A DNA stretch of 37,367 nucleotides, taken from the NCBI GenBank assembly GCA_017642565.1, contig JAGCOU010000025.1, positions 1 through 37,367 of the forward strand, given 5' to 3'. Every line of letters starts with the position of its first letter. Within the stretch, counting starts at the first letter, position 1. This stretch comes from Alphaproteobacteria bacterium. Its GTDB lineage: Bacteria > Pseudomonadota > Alphaproteobacteria > Rs-D84. Below are positions 15,861-26,495 of the stretch, piece after piece. The translations under genes and the position numbers were made by a program. Under the pieces are notes generated by a model. That model worked only from the letters and a program-made list of their open reading frames with translations. It was not told the DNA's origin and made no database searches.

Positions 15861-18260
15861 TTAATTATCCTTTGTTATATGATATTGAATTCCCAAGATA
15901 TAATGTTTTTTGCATTTCCACTGTCTAAAATGTTTTGTTTTATATAAACCACAAAGATATTTTCTTGTGATACTATTCATATCTTGTTTTTGCGAATAAA
16001 AAATTTTATTGCATGTTTTCGCATTTTTAAATTTCATAGGCTCAGTATGATTATTAATCTGCGCAGACAGCATTAATTTATATATATCTTTGTCAAAAAC
16101 CATCAAAGAAAATGTTTGATTAATATATTCTTTGGCTTTTTGACCAATTTTATAACCAAAATCATGATTTTTATAAAGTTTTTTGATATATTCACTGGCC
16201 TTTTTAATATCTGGTTCACCCCATACTGTCACATTTTTATACTGTGGAAAATCGATTTTAGCAGACACAACCTTGGCAGGAACCAACAAAGAATTTTCAT
16301 CATTCATAAAATCAATATTGCCACTATATTCAGTAGCAATTACTGGCTTTCCGAGATTCATTGCTTCCATCATACCCAAACCCAAACCTTCGGCATGATG
16401 CAAAGATATATATGCATCGCACGCATTGATTAAAGACATCATACCTTGTTTAGATAAAAATTCATCTATTACAATAATTCTGTCTTTGATTTTCAATTTT
16501 GTAGCCACATCCATAAACTTTGCGTGCTCTAATTTATGCTTTGACAAATTGCTTGTTTTTACGACTAACTTTGCATCTTTTTGCGCAGGTAATGCCATCG
16601 CAAAAGCCTGCAAAATCGCCTCTGGATTTTTTCTGTCATATGAAGAATTATAGTCAAAATTGAAAAAGAACAGATAATCTTTTTGATTTAATTTATATTT
16701 CTTACGAACATCTTTGACATCTATCAAAGAATCTTGATATGGACGATATGGATATTTGAAAATCTCCACAGGAATATCTTTTATAGTATTTGTTATACCC
16801 TTTTGCACATGTTCTGTACAAACGAGTACTTTATCAACATACTTTGACATATTTTTATACGCATCAAATCCATTTTCAAATTCCCACCACCAATTTGCAA
16901 CATTATATTTATCACGGAACAAATCTGGATTCATATTATAAACATTTTCAATCTGATCTGCATTAACAACAAATAAATTCACAGGATAATTAATTTCATT
17001 CGTGACAAAAGATTTATATTTTTCTTGTTCTGATTCTGGAATTTTAGCACCGCCGCTTTCCAATACATACAATGAAAACGGTATTCCCGAAGCCATTAAA
17101 TCATCAACAAAGCCGCGCATAACAACACCCAACGAATGTATATCATACAAATATCCTATTACATTTATGCCATATCCAGATTCAAATTTAATATCTTTTG
17201 GAATTGGTTCTTTTTCTGCTTGTGCATAAATTTTTATTGATTTCTCAGCATCTTTTAAATTATGAACGAAAGCCTGTTGTTTATGAAAAACTAATCTGCG
17301 TGCAGAATTAGGTATTACATAATTTGTATGTCCAACAGTCGTTCCAAAATAAGAAAACTTTACAAAATCATCTGCACGATTAGCATTTACATTATCTAGA
17401 TAATTTACAAATAACTTTTTCAAATCGGGTTTTCTGTCTGACAAACAATAGCGATTTTGATATTTAGATATCAATTCCATATCTTTACGATTTAATCCGC
17501 TAAAATGATAAAATACTAATTCATCATCATTTGAAAACCATTTACCATGACGATTTGTAACCGTTCTTTCATGTAAATTCCAATATGCTGTGTTATGACC
17601 ATAATCTTTAAATATATAAACTTTATCAAACAAAGCAGGAAACCAATCTGCCCACTTTTGGTCAGTAAACAAAGCCGCAGGTATATCAACATAACATTTA
17701 TGTCTTAATTTTTGTTGCCAAAAACGAACGCAATTTAAGCCATTTTCTGTATTTTTACACGCAAAAAAACCACAATTATACATACCAGCCATCATAATAG
17801 TTTGGCATTCTTGCTGTTTACCATCTTCTGGATAAGGGTGCATCATATGTGGGGTTAAAACAATATCATACTCATCTAATAACTTATCTAATTTAGTAAT
17901 AGGTGCATAAAATTGAATATCTGGGTCAATATATATAACCTTGTTATATCCTGACTTCATCAAATATTCTATACAAAAAGGTTTAATTGCTGTATTTACT
18001 TCCAACACAGAATAACGATTTAACATTTCTTCAATTGGATAATGAGGAACAAGATTTTTAACTTCTAAAAAAGAACGAATATCTATACCATTATTTGTTA
18101 AATCAGATAACATTTTTAAAGATTCTGGTGATGTCAATTCATCCATCATAAAAATTATAAAATCCCAATCTGGATTATACTTTAAAAAAGATTCACGCAC
18201 ATTTAAAGAATAATGCATATAATTCAAACTTGAGATAGTAAACATAACTTTCTTGCTCAT
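15861..18260 (-). CDS. Two-domain glycosyltransferase (N-terminal GT-A-like with DPD motif, C-terminal GT4)
   Basis: N-terminal FTISSLNYMHYSLNV...VIYIDPDIQF. C-terminal HHAEGLGLGMMEAMNLGKPVIATEYSGNIDFM (E-x7-E region). 799 aa. Confidence 0.7.
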   Translation of the reverse strand: MSKKVMFTISSLNYMHYSLNVRESFLKYNPDWDFIIFMMDELTSPESLKMLSDLTNNGIDIRSFLEVKNLVPHYPIEEMLNRYSVLEVNTAIKPFCIEYLMKSGYNKVIYIDPDIQFYAPITKLDKLLDEYDIVLTPHMMHPYPEDGKQQECQTIMMAGMYNCGFFACKNTENGLNCVRFWQQKLRHKCYVDIPAALFTDQKWADWFPALFDKVYIFKDYGHNTAYWNLHERTVTNRHGKWFSNDDELVFYHFSGLNRKDMELISKYQNRYCLSDRKPDLKKLFVNYLDNVNANRADDFVKFSYFGTTVGHTNYVIPNSARRLVFHKQQAFVHNLKDAEKSIKIYAQAEKEPIPKDIKFESGYGINVIGYLYDIHSLGVVMRGFVDDLMASGIPFSLYVLESGGAKIPESEQEKYKSFVTNEINYPVNLFVVNADQIENVYNMNPDLFRDKYNVANWWWEFENGFDAYKNMSKYVDKVLVCTEHVQKGITNTIKDIPVEIFKYPYRPYQDSLIDVKDVRKKYKLNQKDYLFFFNFDYNSSYDRKNPEAILQAFAMALPAQKDAKLVVKTSNLSKHKLEHAKFMDVATKLKIKDRIIVIDEFLSKQGMMSLINACDAYISLHHAEGLGLGMMEAMNLGKPVIATEYSGNIDFMNDENSLLVPAKVVSAKIDFPQYKNVTVWGEPDIKKASEYIKKLYKNHDFGYKIGQKAKEYINQTFSLMVFDKDIYKLMLSAQINNHTEPMKFKNAKTCNKIFYSQKQDMNSITRKYLCGLYKTKHFRQWKCKKHYILGIQYHITKDN

Positions 18261-18272
18261 TTTATAAACCTC

Positions 18273-19202
18273 TTATCTCGTTTTTAAAAAATCAACCATA
18301 TCTGATATAGTTTGTTCTAATTTATATTTTGGTTTCCAACCTAATTCTTTTTTTAATTTTGAATTATCACCAATTACGGACAAAACTTCGTTTGAACGCA
18401 CACGTGAAGGATCAACAACTATATTTGGTTTTATATTTAACTTTTTTGCGGTTTTATCTATGATGTCGCGTAATTTAACCCCACGACCAGAACATACATT
18501 ATAAACGCTGCGATTTGGGGCATTTTTAATTATGCGATAATAAGCATCAACAACATCACGAACATCTGTAAAATCACGTATAACATCAATGTTTCCAACC
18601 ATCATTTTGTTTTCTGATTTTCCCGAAGCAATATTAACCAACTGTTCAACAAAGGATGGTATAACAAATTTAGGATTTTGACGCGGCCCAATATGATTAA
18701 AAGACCGTGTCATAACAATATCCAGACCAAATTTATCTACATATAATTTAGACATATATTCCTGTGATACACGTGCCACAGAATACGGATTTTTTGGATG
18801 CAATCCCAAAGATTCTTTTAATGGTTCATTATATGTTCCGTATTCTTCTGAAGAACCAACAGATAAAATTCTTGTCTTTAAATTATTTTTACGAACACTA
18901 TCCGCCAAATTCAAAAAAGCAGACATATTATTTACAAAACAATTCAACGGTTCTTCCCAACTTTGTGCAACAGAAGACATCGCAGCCAAATGAATAATGT
19001 AATCTGGTTTATAAGATTTTATTACTTTGTTAATACTTTCAGCATCCATCAAATTTAAAGATTTATATTGTATATCCATATCACAATTTTTTGCGATATC
19101 TATACCATATATTTTCGCATCAGATTCTTTTTCATCAAGATATTCAACAAAATATCGTCCTACAAAACCATTGATGCCTGTTATTAAATATTTACTAGAC
19201 AT
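18273..19202 (-). CDS. rmd: GDP-4-dehydro-6-deoxy-D-mannose reductase (GDP-D-rhamnose forming)
   Basis: ITGINGFVGRY, FNHIGPRQ, VGNIDVIRDFTDVRDV and YNVCSG are present, and the gene lies directly downstream of gmd. Start at ATG 19202 (MSSKY) is preferred over the track start 19223. The active-site motif reads YSVAR rather than YxxxK. Confidence 0.7.
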   Translation of the reverse strand: MSSKYLITGINGFVGRYFVEYLDEKESDAKIYGIDIAKNCDMDIQYKSLNLMDAESINKVIKSYKPDYIIHLAAMSSVAQSWEEPLNCFVNNMSAFLNLADSVRKNNLKTRILSVGSSEEYGTYNEPLKESLGLHPKNPYSVARVSQEYMSKLYVDKFGLDIVMTRSFNHIGPRQNPKFVIPSFVEQLVNIASGKSENKMMVGNIDVIRDFTDVRDVVDAYYRIIKNAPNRSVYNVCSGRGVKLRDIIDKTAKKLNIKPNIVVDPSRVRSNEVLSVIGDNSKLKKELGWKPKYKLEQTISDMVDFLKTR

Positions 19203-19212
19203 TTTAAAACCT

Positions 19213-20286
19213 TTAATCAGCATATTTTATATTTTCTTGAAACCCATTTTCATTTAAAACTTTTTCACGTTCTGCTAATTTTAAATCTTGTTCTACCATT
19301 TCATGAACAAGACCAGCCAAATCATATTTTGGCTTCCAACCAAGTTGTTCACGCGCCTTTGTTGAATCACCAAGTAATAATTCAACCTCAGCAGGACGGA
19401 AGAAATTTGGGTTCACAGCAACAACTGTTTTTCCTGTTGCTTTATTAACAGCATGTTCTTCAACACCAGAACCAATCCATTCCAAATCTATTCCCAGTTC
19501 TTTAAATGTCATTTTAACAAAATCGCGTATCGAAGTTGTTTTTCCTGTTGCTAATACATAATCACTTGGTTTTTCTGCTTGCAACATACGCCACATACCT
19601 TCAACATAATCTTTTGCATGCCCCCAATCGCGTTTAGCATCCATATTTCCAAGATATAAACAATCTTGTAATCCCATTTTTATACGCGTTGCAGCCAATG
19701 TGATTTTGCGTGTAACAAAATTTTCACCACGACGAGGAGATTCATGATTAAATAAAATACCATTACATGCGAAAATATCATAAGATTCACGATAATTCAC
19801 AGTAATCCAATAACCATACAATTTAGCAACTCCGTATGGGGAACGTGGATAAAACGGTGTCTTTTCCGATTGAATAGGTTCTTGAATTAAACCAAACAAT
19901 TCACTTGTCGAAGCCTGATAAAAACGTGTTTTTTGTGTCAGCCCATTTATACGAATTGCTTCTAGTAAACGCAATGTCCCAAGAGCATCTGTTTCCGCTG
20001 TAAATTCAGGACAATCCCATGAAATTTTAACATGACTTTGTGCGCCAAGATTATATATTTCATCTGGTGCTATTTCTTTTACAAGACGAACTAAATTAAC
20101 AGAATCTGTTAAATCACCATAATGTAAATTTATTTTATCAATTATGTTTTCTATACGACCAGTATTATAAGAGGAACTTCTGCGAACAAGACCGTGCACT
20201 TCATAGCCTTTTTCTAACAATAATTCTGCTAAATAAGAACCATCTTGACCCGTAATACCTGTAATCAAAGCAACTTTATTTGTCAT
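19213..20286 (-). CDS. gmd: GDP-mannose 4,6-dehydratase
   Basis: [34 protein letters not shown] and [16 protein letters not shown] are present. ATG 20286 (SD AAAGGTG) is preferred over the track start 20295. Confidence 0.92.
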   Translation of the reverse strand: MTNKVALITGITGQDGSYLAELLLEKGYEVHGLVRRSSSYNTGRIENIIDKINLHYGDLTDSVNLVRLVKEIAPDEIYNLGAQSHVKISWDCPEFTAETDALGTLRLLEAIRINGLTQKTRFYQASTSELFGLIQEPIQSEKTPFYPRSPYGVAKLYGYWITVNYRESYDIFACNGILFNHESPRRGENFVTRKITLAATRIKMGLQDCLYLGNMDAKRDWGHAKDYVEGMWRMLQAEKPSDYVLATGKTTSIRDFVKMTFKELGIDLEWIGSGVEEHAVNKATGKTVVAVNPNFFRPAEVELLLGDSTKAREQLGWKPKYDLAGLVHEMVEQDLKLAEREKVLNENGFQENIKYAD

Positions 20287-20299
20287 AATTAACACCTTT

Positions 20300-20734
20300 T
20301 TATTTATTATTCCATTTATTTAAAATCCAAGACGATGAATTCGCTTTATTTTCACCACCAACACCAAAAACCACAGTAACACCGCATTCATTACAAACAG
20401 ATGTTTCTGGAATATTATCTTTTGTTCTATCTCCACCATTTGCAAAAACTAACTCTGCATCTGGATATTTTGCCCGCGCTTTTCTAATACCATCACAGGC
20501 ACTATTATCAGTATCATCAAAAGAAAGCACATCAATAACGCCTTTAATATTCTCCAATATAACACGGCGAGTATTAAATGTATAGAAATTTTTTCCTTTT
20601 TTTCTACACAACCATTCATCAGAATTAACCAATACAATAACGCCATCTGACCGCTTTGCAGAATCAACTATCATCGCAATATGACCCTCATGAATAGGAT
20701 CAAAACCGCCAGAAACTATATAATACTTAGCCAT
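20300..20734 (-). CDS. Cytidylyl/adenylyltransferase-family nucleotidyltransferase (HxGH class)
   Basis: [12 protein letters not shown] motif near the N-terminus. 144 aa. Substrate unknown. Confidence 0.65.
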   Translation of the reverse strand: MAKYYIVSGGFDPIHEGHIAMIVDSAKRSDGVIVLVNSDEWLCRKKGKNFYTFNTRRVILENIKGVIDVLSFDDTDNSACDGIRKARAKYPDAELVFANGGDRTKDNIPETSVCNECGVTVVFGVGGENKANSSSWILNKWNNK

Positions 20735-21980
20735 TATTTTCCTTTTTTATTTGATTAATTATAATTTTAACTGTTTTATCCCAAGAAAATTGCTTCGCAC
20801 GCTTTAACCCAGCCACAGCCATCTCAGAACGATATTTTTTATCCATATAGTATTTTTCATAGGCTTTGATATGTTGTTTATCGCTATCATAATCTATCAT
20901 AATTCCTGCATCACCAACAACTTCTGGCAAAGACGAATTATTAGATGTTATAACCGGACAACCACATTGCATCGCTTCAAGAGGTGGAAGTCCAAAACCT
21001 TCGTATTGGGAAGTATAAACAAAAAATTCAGCGCCACTATACAAAGCAGCCAAATCTTCATCATCCACATAACCAGCACGAATAATTTTATCTTTATATT
21101 TGCCAAGGTCTTTTATTTCTTTTTCCAATTTACCAATAAATGCATCCCAATGTCCACCGCCCAAAACAAATACCATATCATCGATTTTATTTTTCTTGAT
21201 AAATTCTATAAATGTTTTGACGCTTCGAATTAAATTTTTACGCGGTTCCAGTGTACAAAGTGAGAAAACATATTTTTTACCTGTGGGAATATTATATTTC
21301 GCACAGATATTTTTTATTTTCTTTTTATCTTTTTCTTGATAAAAATTATCATTCGCCGCCAAAGGCGCAACAGTAATATCATTTGGATTCATACCTAACA
21401 ATCTTACAAAATCATTTTTTGTTGAAATAGAATTCGAAAAATATTCACAACTTTTATTTGATTTTATATATTGAGTAAGATTATAAAACCAGTGTTTTTT
21501 ATATCCTGGATAATATTCTGGAAACAATAACGGAACAGTATCATGTAAAAAAATATATTTTTTATCAGCTTTGATAAAATCAGGAATCACGCGCATTGGT
21601 GAAAAAGCAATATCAAAGTGAGGAAGTTTAACTTTCTTACCAATAAATTTAATTGGTTTTCTAATAAATATATTTAATAATAATTTTAAAATATTATGCT
21701 TTTTTTTTCGTAATTTGTTATCTAATTTTTCCATTCTCGATAAAAATTTAACATATTTATTAGTAAAATATATATCAATATTATAACCAAAATTTTCTTT
21801 CACAAAATTATCAAAATCTATATTATCTGTATCAGTAAACAAAGATATTTTAAATTTATTTGATTCTATGATTTTTTTTAATATATTATAAGATACAAAA
21901 TATGTTCCTGAACGACCACGACCATTTACAAGATTTTCAGCTAATACAGAAGCATCAAAAATCAAAGTCTTTTTCGTCAT
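20727..21980 (-). CDS. Glycosyltransferase, GT4/GT-B fold
   Basis: [38 protein letters not shown]. 417 aa. Confidence 0.85.
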   Translation of the reverse strand: MTKKTLIFDASVLAENLVNGRGRSGTYFVSYNILKKIIESNKFKISLFTDTDNIDFDNFVKENFGYNIDIYFTNKYVKFLSRMEKLDNKLRKKKHNILKLLLNIFIRKPIKFIGKKVKLPHFDIAFSPMRVIPDFIKADKKYIFLHDTVPLLFPEYYPGYKKHWFYNLTQYIKSNKSCEYFSNSISTKNDFVRLLGMNPNDITVAPLAANDNFYQEKDKKKIKNICAKYNIPTGKKYVFSLCTLEPRKNLIRSVKTFIEFIKKNKIDDMVFVLGGGHWDAFIGKLEKEIKDLGKYKDKIIRAGYVDDEDLAALYSGAEFFVYTSQYEGFGLPPLEAMQCGCPVITSNNSSLPEVVGDAGIMIDYDSDKQHIKAYEKYYMDKKYRSEMAVAGLKRAKQFSWDKTVKIIINQIKKENNG

Positions 21981-21988
21981 AATAACAC

Positions 21989-22999
21989 CTATTTTTCAAA
22001 TTTACTTTTATTTGGGAACTTTGTATCAAAAAATTGTTTATTATGTTCACGTGTTATATCATTATTATATACACTATCGTTTATACAAACTATTGGTGCA
22101 TCACAAGATAAAACTTTTGATTTAATTGCATCATTACAGAAAAACACAGAATTTCTAACAGATTTATAATACAATAAATTATATATAAAATCTAAAATAA
22201 CATTATGTCCAATATGTTTAGAATGAGAAATTTTCACAGATGCACGTTTTTTCACAATATCATATAAATTAAATATTAAACGATGAACATCATCTTCATC
22301 ACGAAATCTGCGATACTTTGTATTTTTTATAGCCTTTGAAAGAATTGGATGTTCACAACATTCTTTCATAGAAGATTTTATATAAGGATCTATCCCATGC
22401 GAAGATTTATAGTTATACAAAGATATATCAAAAGCCTTTTCTATTTCACGCGCAGAATTTATTAATAATTTTAGATATATACTTTTTTTATCACGAATAA
22501 TTTTTCCATTTTTTCTATATATACAACGAAATTTAGCACGACCACTTTTATCAAAAAAATAATCTGGCATCACAGGTTTATTAAAAAACATATCATCATT
22601 AGCCAACAAAAAATGTTCAGACAATCCAGGTATATTTGCCAGACATGTTTCGACTGCACAAGAATTAAAAATTGGACCAGCGTCTTTTGGTAATATATCT
22701 TCTTGGGGAATAATAGTTATTTTTTTATTTCTTGTATTTAACCATTTTGGTTTTTGACCGAAAGGAGTCACAATATAAACATGATTCACCCAAGGTGCAT
22801 TTTTTTCCAGCGAACGCAAAGAATACTTTAATTCATCATTATCTCGAAAAATTTGATCTTTGGTATCATCAATGTATTTATTATTATTTTTATGTAATTT
22901 TCTCAAATAATCATTTTTGATTGATATAAAATTTTTATCGCTTCCATCAACCCATAAATAAACAACATCTATCGGAAAATACGATTTAAATTTTAACAT
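21989..22999 (-). CDS. Stealth-family sugar-1-phosphate transferase (capsule phosphotransferase-like)
   Basis: CR1 IDVVYLWVDGSD, CR2 ELKYSLRSLEKNAPWVNHVYIVTPFGQKPKWL and CR3 LLANDDMFF are present. 336 aa. Confidence 0.8.
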   Translation of the reverse strand: MLKFKSYFPIDVVYLWVDGSDKNFISIKNDYLRKLHKNNNKYIDDTKDQIFRDNDELKYSLRSLEKNAPWVNHVYIVTPFGQKPKWLNTRNKKITIIPQEDILPKDAGPIFNSCAVETCLANIPGLSEHFLLANDDMFFNKPVMPDYFFDKSGRAKFRCIYRKNGKIIRDKKSIYLKLLINSAREIEKAFDISLYNYKSSHGIDPYIKSSMKECCEHPILSKAIKNTKYRRFRDEDDVHRLIFNLYDIVKKRASVKISHSKHIGHNVILDFIYNLLYYKSVRNSVFFCNDAIKSKVLSCDAPIVCINDSVYNNDITREHNKQFFDTKFPNKSKFEK

Positions 23000-23115
23000 A
23001 CATTACCTTTTTTTATAATTATGGTGAGATTATAGAATATAAAAAGAATAAATTCAATATTTTTATATATACGAATATATTCTAAAAAACCGCAGTATAC
23101 AAAGAAAAATTAGGA

Positions 23116-23754
23116 TTATTTAAAGCATTTTTTTAATGTTTTTCCTGTATCATTTAAATCGACATATTTATTACGAATTTCTTCATCGGCTTTGATTTTT
23201 TGTTTAAGTAAAATTATATCTGGATGATTTTGTAATTGTTCATTTAATTTATCAATTGCTGATTCTATATCTTGTTCGTTTTTCACAAATACAGGTGTAA
23301 TAGATTCCGCAGCAGATTGTATTGATTGTTTAAATAAATTTTGATTATCTTCTATCACAGATAAATAAGCGCGTATATGTTCATCTTCGTGTTGTAAAAT
23401 CGCATTATATTCACACGAATCTTTTTGATAAAATATATCTATTTGAACCATAAAATCAGAATAACCAATAGTTGCATCTATGTTTTTAAGTGCCACACAA
23501 AAACCATCTTCAATAGAAGTTATATCACCAGTAATTTCAAATTCATTAACCAAAGTCGCAATAACATCACCATGTAAAATATCAGTATGTTCAAGTGGTT
23601 GAATAATATTTTCTTCCCATTCTGGTTGTTTTAAATTTATTATTGGTGATATTTTATACCCTAAACAATCATCTGCGGCATTCGCAACAGATACAAACAA
23701 AAACATTTGAAAAAATATAAAAAAATTTCTTTTAAAAAACCGAGAAAAAATCAC
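23116..23754 (-). CDS. Secreted protein with an HExxH motif (possible DUF922-like Zn protease)
   Basis: GTG start 6 nt after the virB4 stop. Signal-like N-terminus ...FFQMFLFVSVANA-ADD. The only catalytic-looking motif is HEDEH (LQHEDEHIRAY). Confidence 0.4.
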   Translation of the reverse strand: MIFSRFFKRNFFIFFQMFLFVSVANAADDCLGYKISPIINLKQPEWEENIIQPLEHTDILHGDVIATLVNEFEITGDITSIEDGFCVALKNIDATIGYSDFMVQIDIFYQKDSCEYNAILQHEDEHIRAYLSVIEDNQNLFKQSIQSAAESITPVFVKNEQDIESAIDKLNEQLQNHPDIILLKQKIKADEEIRNKYVDLNDTGKTLKKCFK

Positions 23755-23760
23755 TTATAA

Positions 23761-26172
23761 TTACCCTTGTTTTTTAAGATATTCTTCCACAAAATTATTT
23801 CCAAAAGATTTATATAAATCTTCCGCTAGTAACACAGAAGAACGCCCAGATTCAAATAATTTCAACATATTTCCAAGCCCACCCAATTCAGTATTTAAAA
23901 TAACAGATTCATTGTTCACAGGTCTAGATAATAATACAGCACGTTTTAAATTTGGATAAGCTTGTCCTTTGATAAATGCCATTTCTAATGGATTAAGATT
24001 CCATTTTTCATAATCAGTCACATCAGCCGCAGGATTACGGAAGAATAATACTGTTTGAGCCTGACCACGAACCACATCACCTATGCCAAGTTTATCAAGA
24101 ACATTAGCGCGTTGAAACGCCACCATATAAGCCTGACGATTTTTACGACCTTCTTGGAGACCTGCTATAAAATTATCACGGAACATTTTATTTTCAAGCA
24201 TAGGTGCTGTTTCGTCAATCATAATAAGTGAAGGATTTCCGCCGGATACAGTGATTGTATTAATTCTGTGTAAAATATAAGATATAACCGCAGGAGCCAA
24301 TATTTCATCTTGTAAAATATCCGTAAAATCAAATGTAGTTAAACGAGAATTTAAATCCAAAGTATCATTGGTTTCATTAAATATATCACCATATTGAAGC
24401 GGGTCTATCCACTTTTTTAATTCTCCGCGCATTTTCCCAGAAGATGAAAAACAACTTTCATAAAGATTTTTTAATAATCTATCTTGTTCTCGTAAATAAT
24501 CAAAATTAACAGATACAGCTCTTGCTATTTCATCCATAGATTCTGTATCATTTTGTCCGCTAATCATACCAAACCATCTGCGTAAAAAAGCACGATTTGC
24601 GGCACTATCAGGAACTTTTAATGGGTTTAAATGTGTTAAAAATGTATCTTTGCTAGCATCTTTTTCTTTGCCATTCATAGTAACATATTTACCATCCACA
24701 GCCAAAGTAAATATCTCAGCCCCTCGGTTTCTATCAAAGAAAAATGCTTTAAGTTTTTTATGTCTCAAAGATTGTGCTATTAAAAACGAGAACAAAGTTG
24801 TTTTACCACCACCAGTTGGACCGATAGTCAAAGTATGTCCCACAGCAGCCGGTTTATCAGACACATGAAATTGAAATTGATATGGTGTTCCTTGGGCTGT
24901 TGGGAAAATAACAAGTGGACCTGGACCCCAATCACAATTTTCAATACCTGTTGGCATAGATGACAAAGGTATACTTGTTGCGGCTGTCTTGGATAACATT
25001 TTAAAACTTCTTGGGAATGTATCAAACCCAGGCAATTGTGCAAAGAAAGACACTTTTAATGCAAATCTTTCAACAACTGGCGCAACACCAAACGAAGCAC
25101 AAATTTTCTTAAATTCGTCAATTGATTGGTTTAATTCATCAACAGATTTACCAAATAATATAAACAAAGGATAATAATCAACCAAAGTTTGTGCACCTGT
25201 GACATTTTCATCCATAGACGAACGAGCCTCACTTAACTGTTCAAGTGTAGAATCTTCTGAATCATCAGTTATAGTTGATTTATGTTGCCGCATCAAAGCA
25301 TCTATATCATTTGCTGTTAAAATATGAATTCCATTCATACATATCATTTCACATTGAATTGTTGATACAGTATCAAAAAATTCTTCGTCCATATAATCTG
25401 GCGCAGCCTTAAAAGATAACATCGAAGCATAGTAAGTTTTATCACCACTACTATATTCAACTATGCCATCATCAGTAAATTCAACATTATCAACAGCAAC
25501 ATTTTGAAGTATATTATTATCACACCTCTGAATTATCGGCTTTGATACAGGCGATAAAATCCGGCCAAAAAATGTAGCCATATTTTCAAAATCATCATTT
25601 TTTAATAATTCTGGCTTATACGCTGATAATACAGATTCTATATAATTACAACATTGATCTAATTTTTCTCGATTATTTTGGCCTGTTACAGATACAACAA
25701 CATAATATTTATTGTTAAAAATCTTTAATCCTTGATTATCCCATTTATCATATATTTTCTGTAATGTAGGCTGATCAAATTCATAGTTTCTTTTTGCATC
25801 AACAAAATCACGCACAGTAAAAAACCTTAAATAAACACTTGGATCTTGGATTTGATTAAATAATTGTGCACGCAAATCTAGAAATTTATCACGATTTCTA
25901 TCATCCATCATACTGGTTTGCATACCGTTAATTTTATAAACACGAACCAAAGATCCATCTACCATAGATAAAGAATTATCATTATAAACCCTGTTAAATG
26001 GTAAAAAATCAGAATATTTTACATATCCAAACGCAGGAAAAATCTTCTTAGTTAAAACAGGAATATACATCAAAAGAACCAAAAACACCAAAATAACTGA
26101 CATCGCTATCGTTATAAAAACTAATACCGTAGATTCACTATTTCCTGCAAAATAATTAAATATCTGTTCCAT
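23761..26172 (-). CDS. virB4: Type IV secretion system ATPase VirB4/TrbE family
   Basis: 803 aa with an N-terminal TM segment. Walker A GPTGGGKTT, Walker B LIMIDE. The gene follows a VirB3-like gene by 2 nt. Confidence 0.9.
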   Translation of the reverse strand: MEQIFNYFAGNSESTVLVFITIAMSVILVFLVLLMYIPVLTKKIFPAFGYVKYSDFLPFNRVYNDNSLSMVDGSLVRVYKINGMQTSMMDDRNRDKFLDLRAQLFNQIQDPSVYLRFFTVRDFVDAKRNYEFDQPTLQKIYDKWDNQGLKIFNNKYYVVVSVTGQNNREKLDQCCNYIESVLSAYKPELLKNDDFENMATFFGRILSPVSKPIIQRCDNNILQNVAVDNVEFTDDGIVEYSSGDKTYYASMLSFKAAPDYMDEEFFDTVSTIQCEMICMNGIHILTANDIDALMRQHKSTITDDSEDSTLEQLSEARSSMDENVTGAQTLVDYYPLFILFGKSVDELNQSIDEFKKICASFGVAPVVERFALKVSFFAQLPGFDTFPRSFKMLSKTAATSIPLSSMPTGIENCDWGPGPLVIFPTAQGTPYQFQFHVSDKPAAVGHTLTIGPTGGGKTTLFSFLIAQSLRHKKLKAFFFDRNRGAEIFTLAVDGKYVTMNGKEKDASKDTFLTHLNPLKVPDSAANRAFLRRWFGMISGQNDTESMDEIARAVSVNFDYLREQDRLLKNLYESCFSSSGKMRGELKKWIDPLQYGDIFNETNDTLDLNSRLTTFDFTDILQDEILAPAVISYILHRINTITVSGGNPSLIMIDETAPMLENKMFRDNFIAGLQEGRKNRQAYMVAFQRANVLDKLGIGDVVRGQAQTVLFFRNPAADVTDYEKWNLNPLEMAFIKGQAYPNLKRAVLLSRPVNNESVILNTELGGLGNMLKLFESGRSSVLLAEDLYKSFGNNFVEEYLKKQG

Positions 26173-26174
26173 TT

Positions 26175-26474
26175 TTATACAACCAGCCTTTTTGGTATTC
26201 TATTTTTGAATATTTTTAATGTAGCAAATATAATTTGAGCTATTTGAGAGTCTTTTTTTGAAAAAAACGCTAAAATAGCATGACAAATTGACAAAAGTCC
26301 TAAAAAAACCAGGGGTAATATAGCCGGTATTTCATGTGGTGGAATAATTAAAAACACCACTATAAAAATAACAAATCCAAAAAACCATACAACAAAGTTT
26401 ATCAACGCAAGCGTGTACGGTACATAGAATATACGTGGCGGATTTGCCAAAGCTTTTAGAACTTTTTCCCTCAA
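26175..26474 (-). CDS. virB3: Type IV secretion system protein VirB3-like
   Basis: 99 aa with a TTG start preceded by AGGAG. ALANPPRIFYVPYTLALINF is followed by two TM segments. Position immediately upstream of virB4. Confidence 0.7.
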   Translation of the reverse strand: MREKVLKALANPPRIFYVPYTLALINFVVWFFGFVIFIVVFLIIPPHEIPAILPLVFLGLLSICHAILAFFSKKDSQIAQIIFATLKIFKNRIPKRLVV

Positions 26475-26495
26475 ATTTACTCTCCTGATAACTTT

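Noticed and set aside
23030-23090. AT-rich inverted repeat TAGAATATA / TATATTCTA and palindrome GAATATATTC between the Stealth gene and the HExxH gene
   Set aside because: A 9-bp match made only of A/T-rich sequence is within chance expectation for this composition. It may simply be promoter or terminator context.
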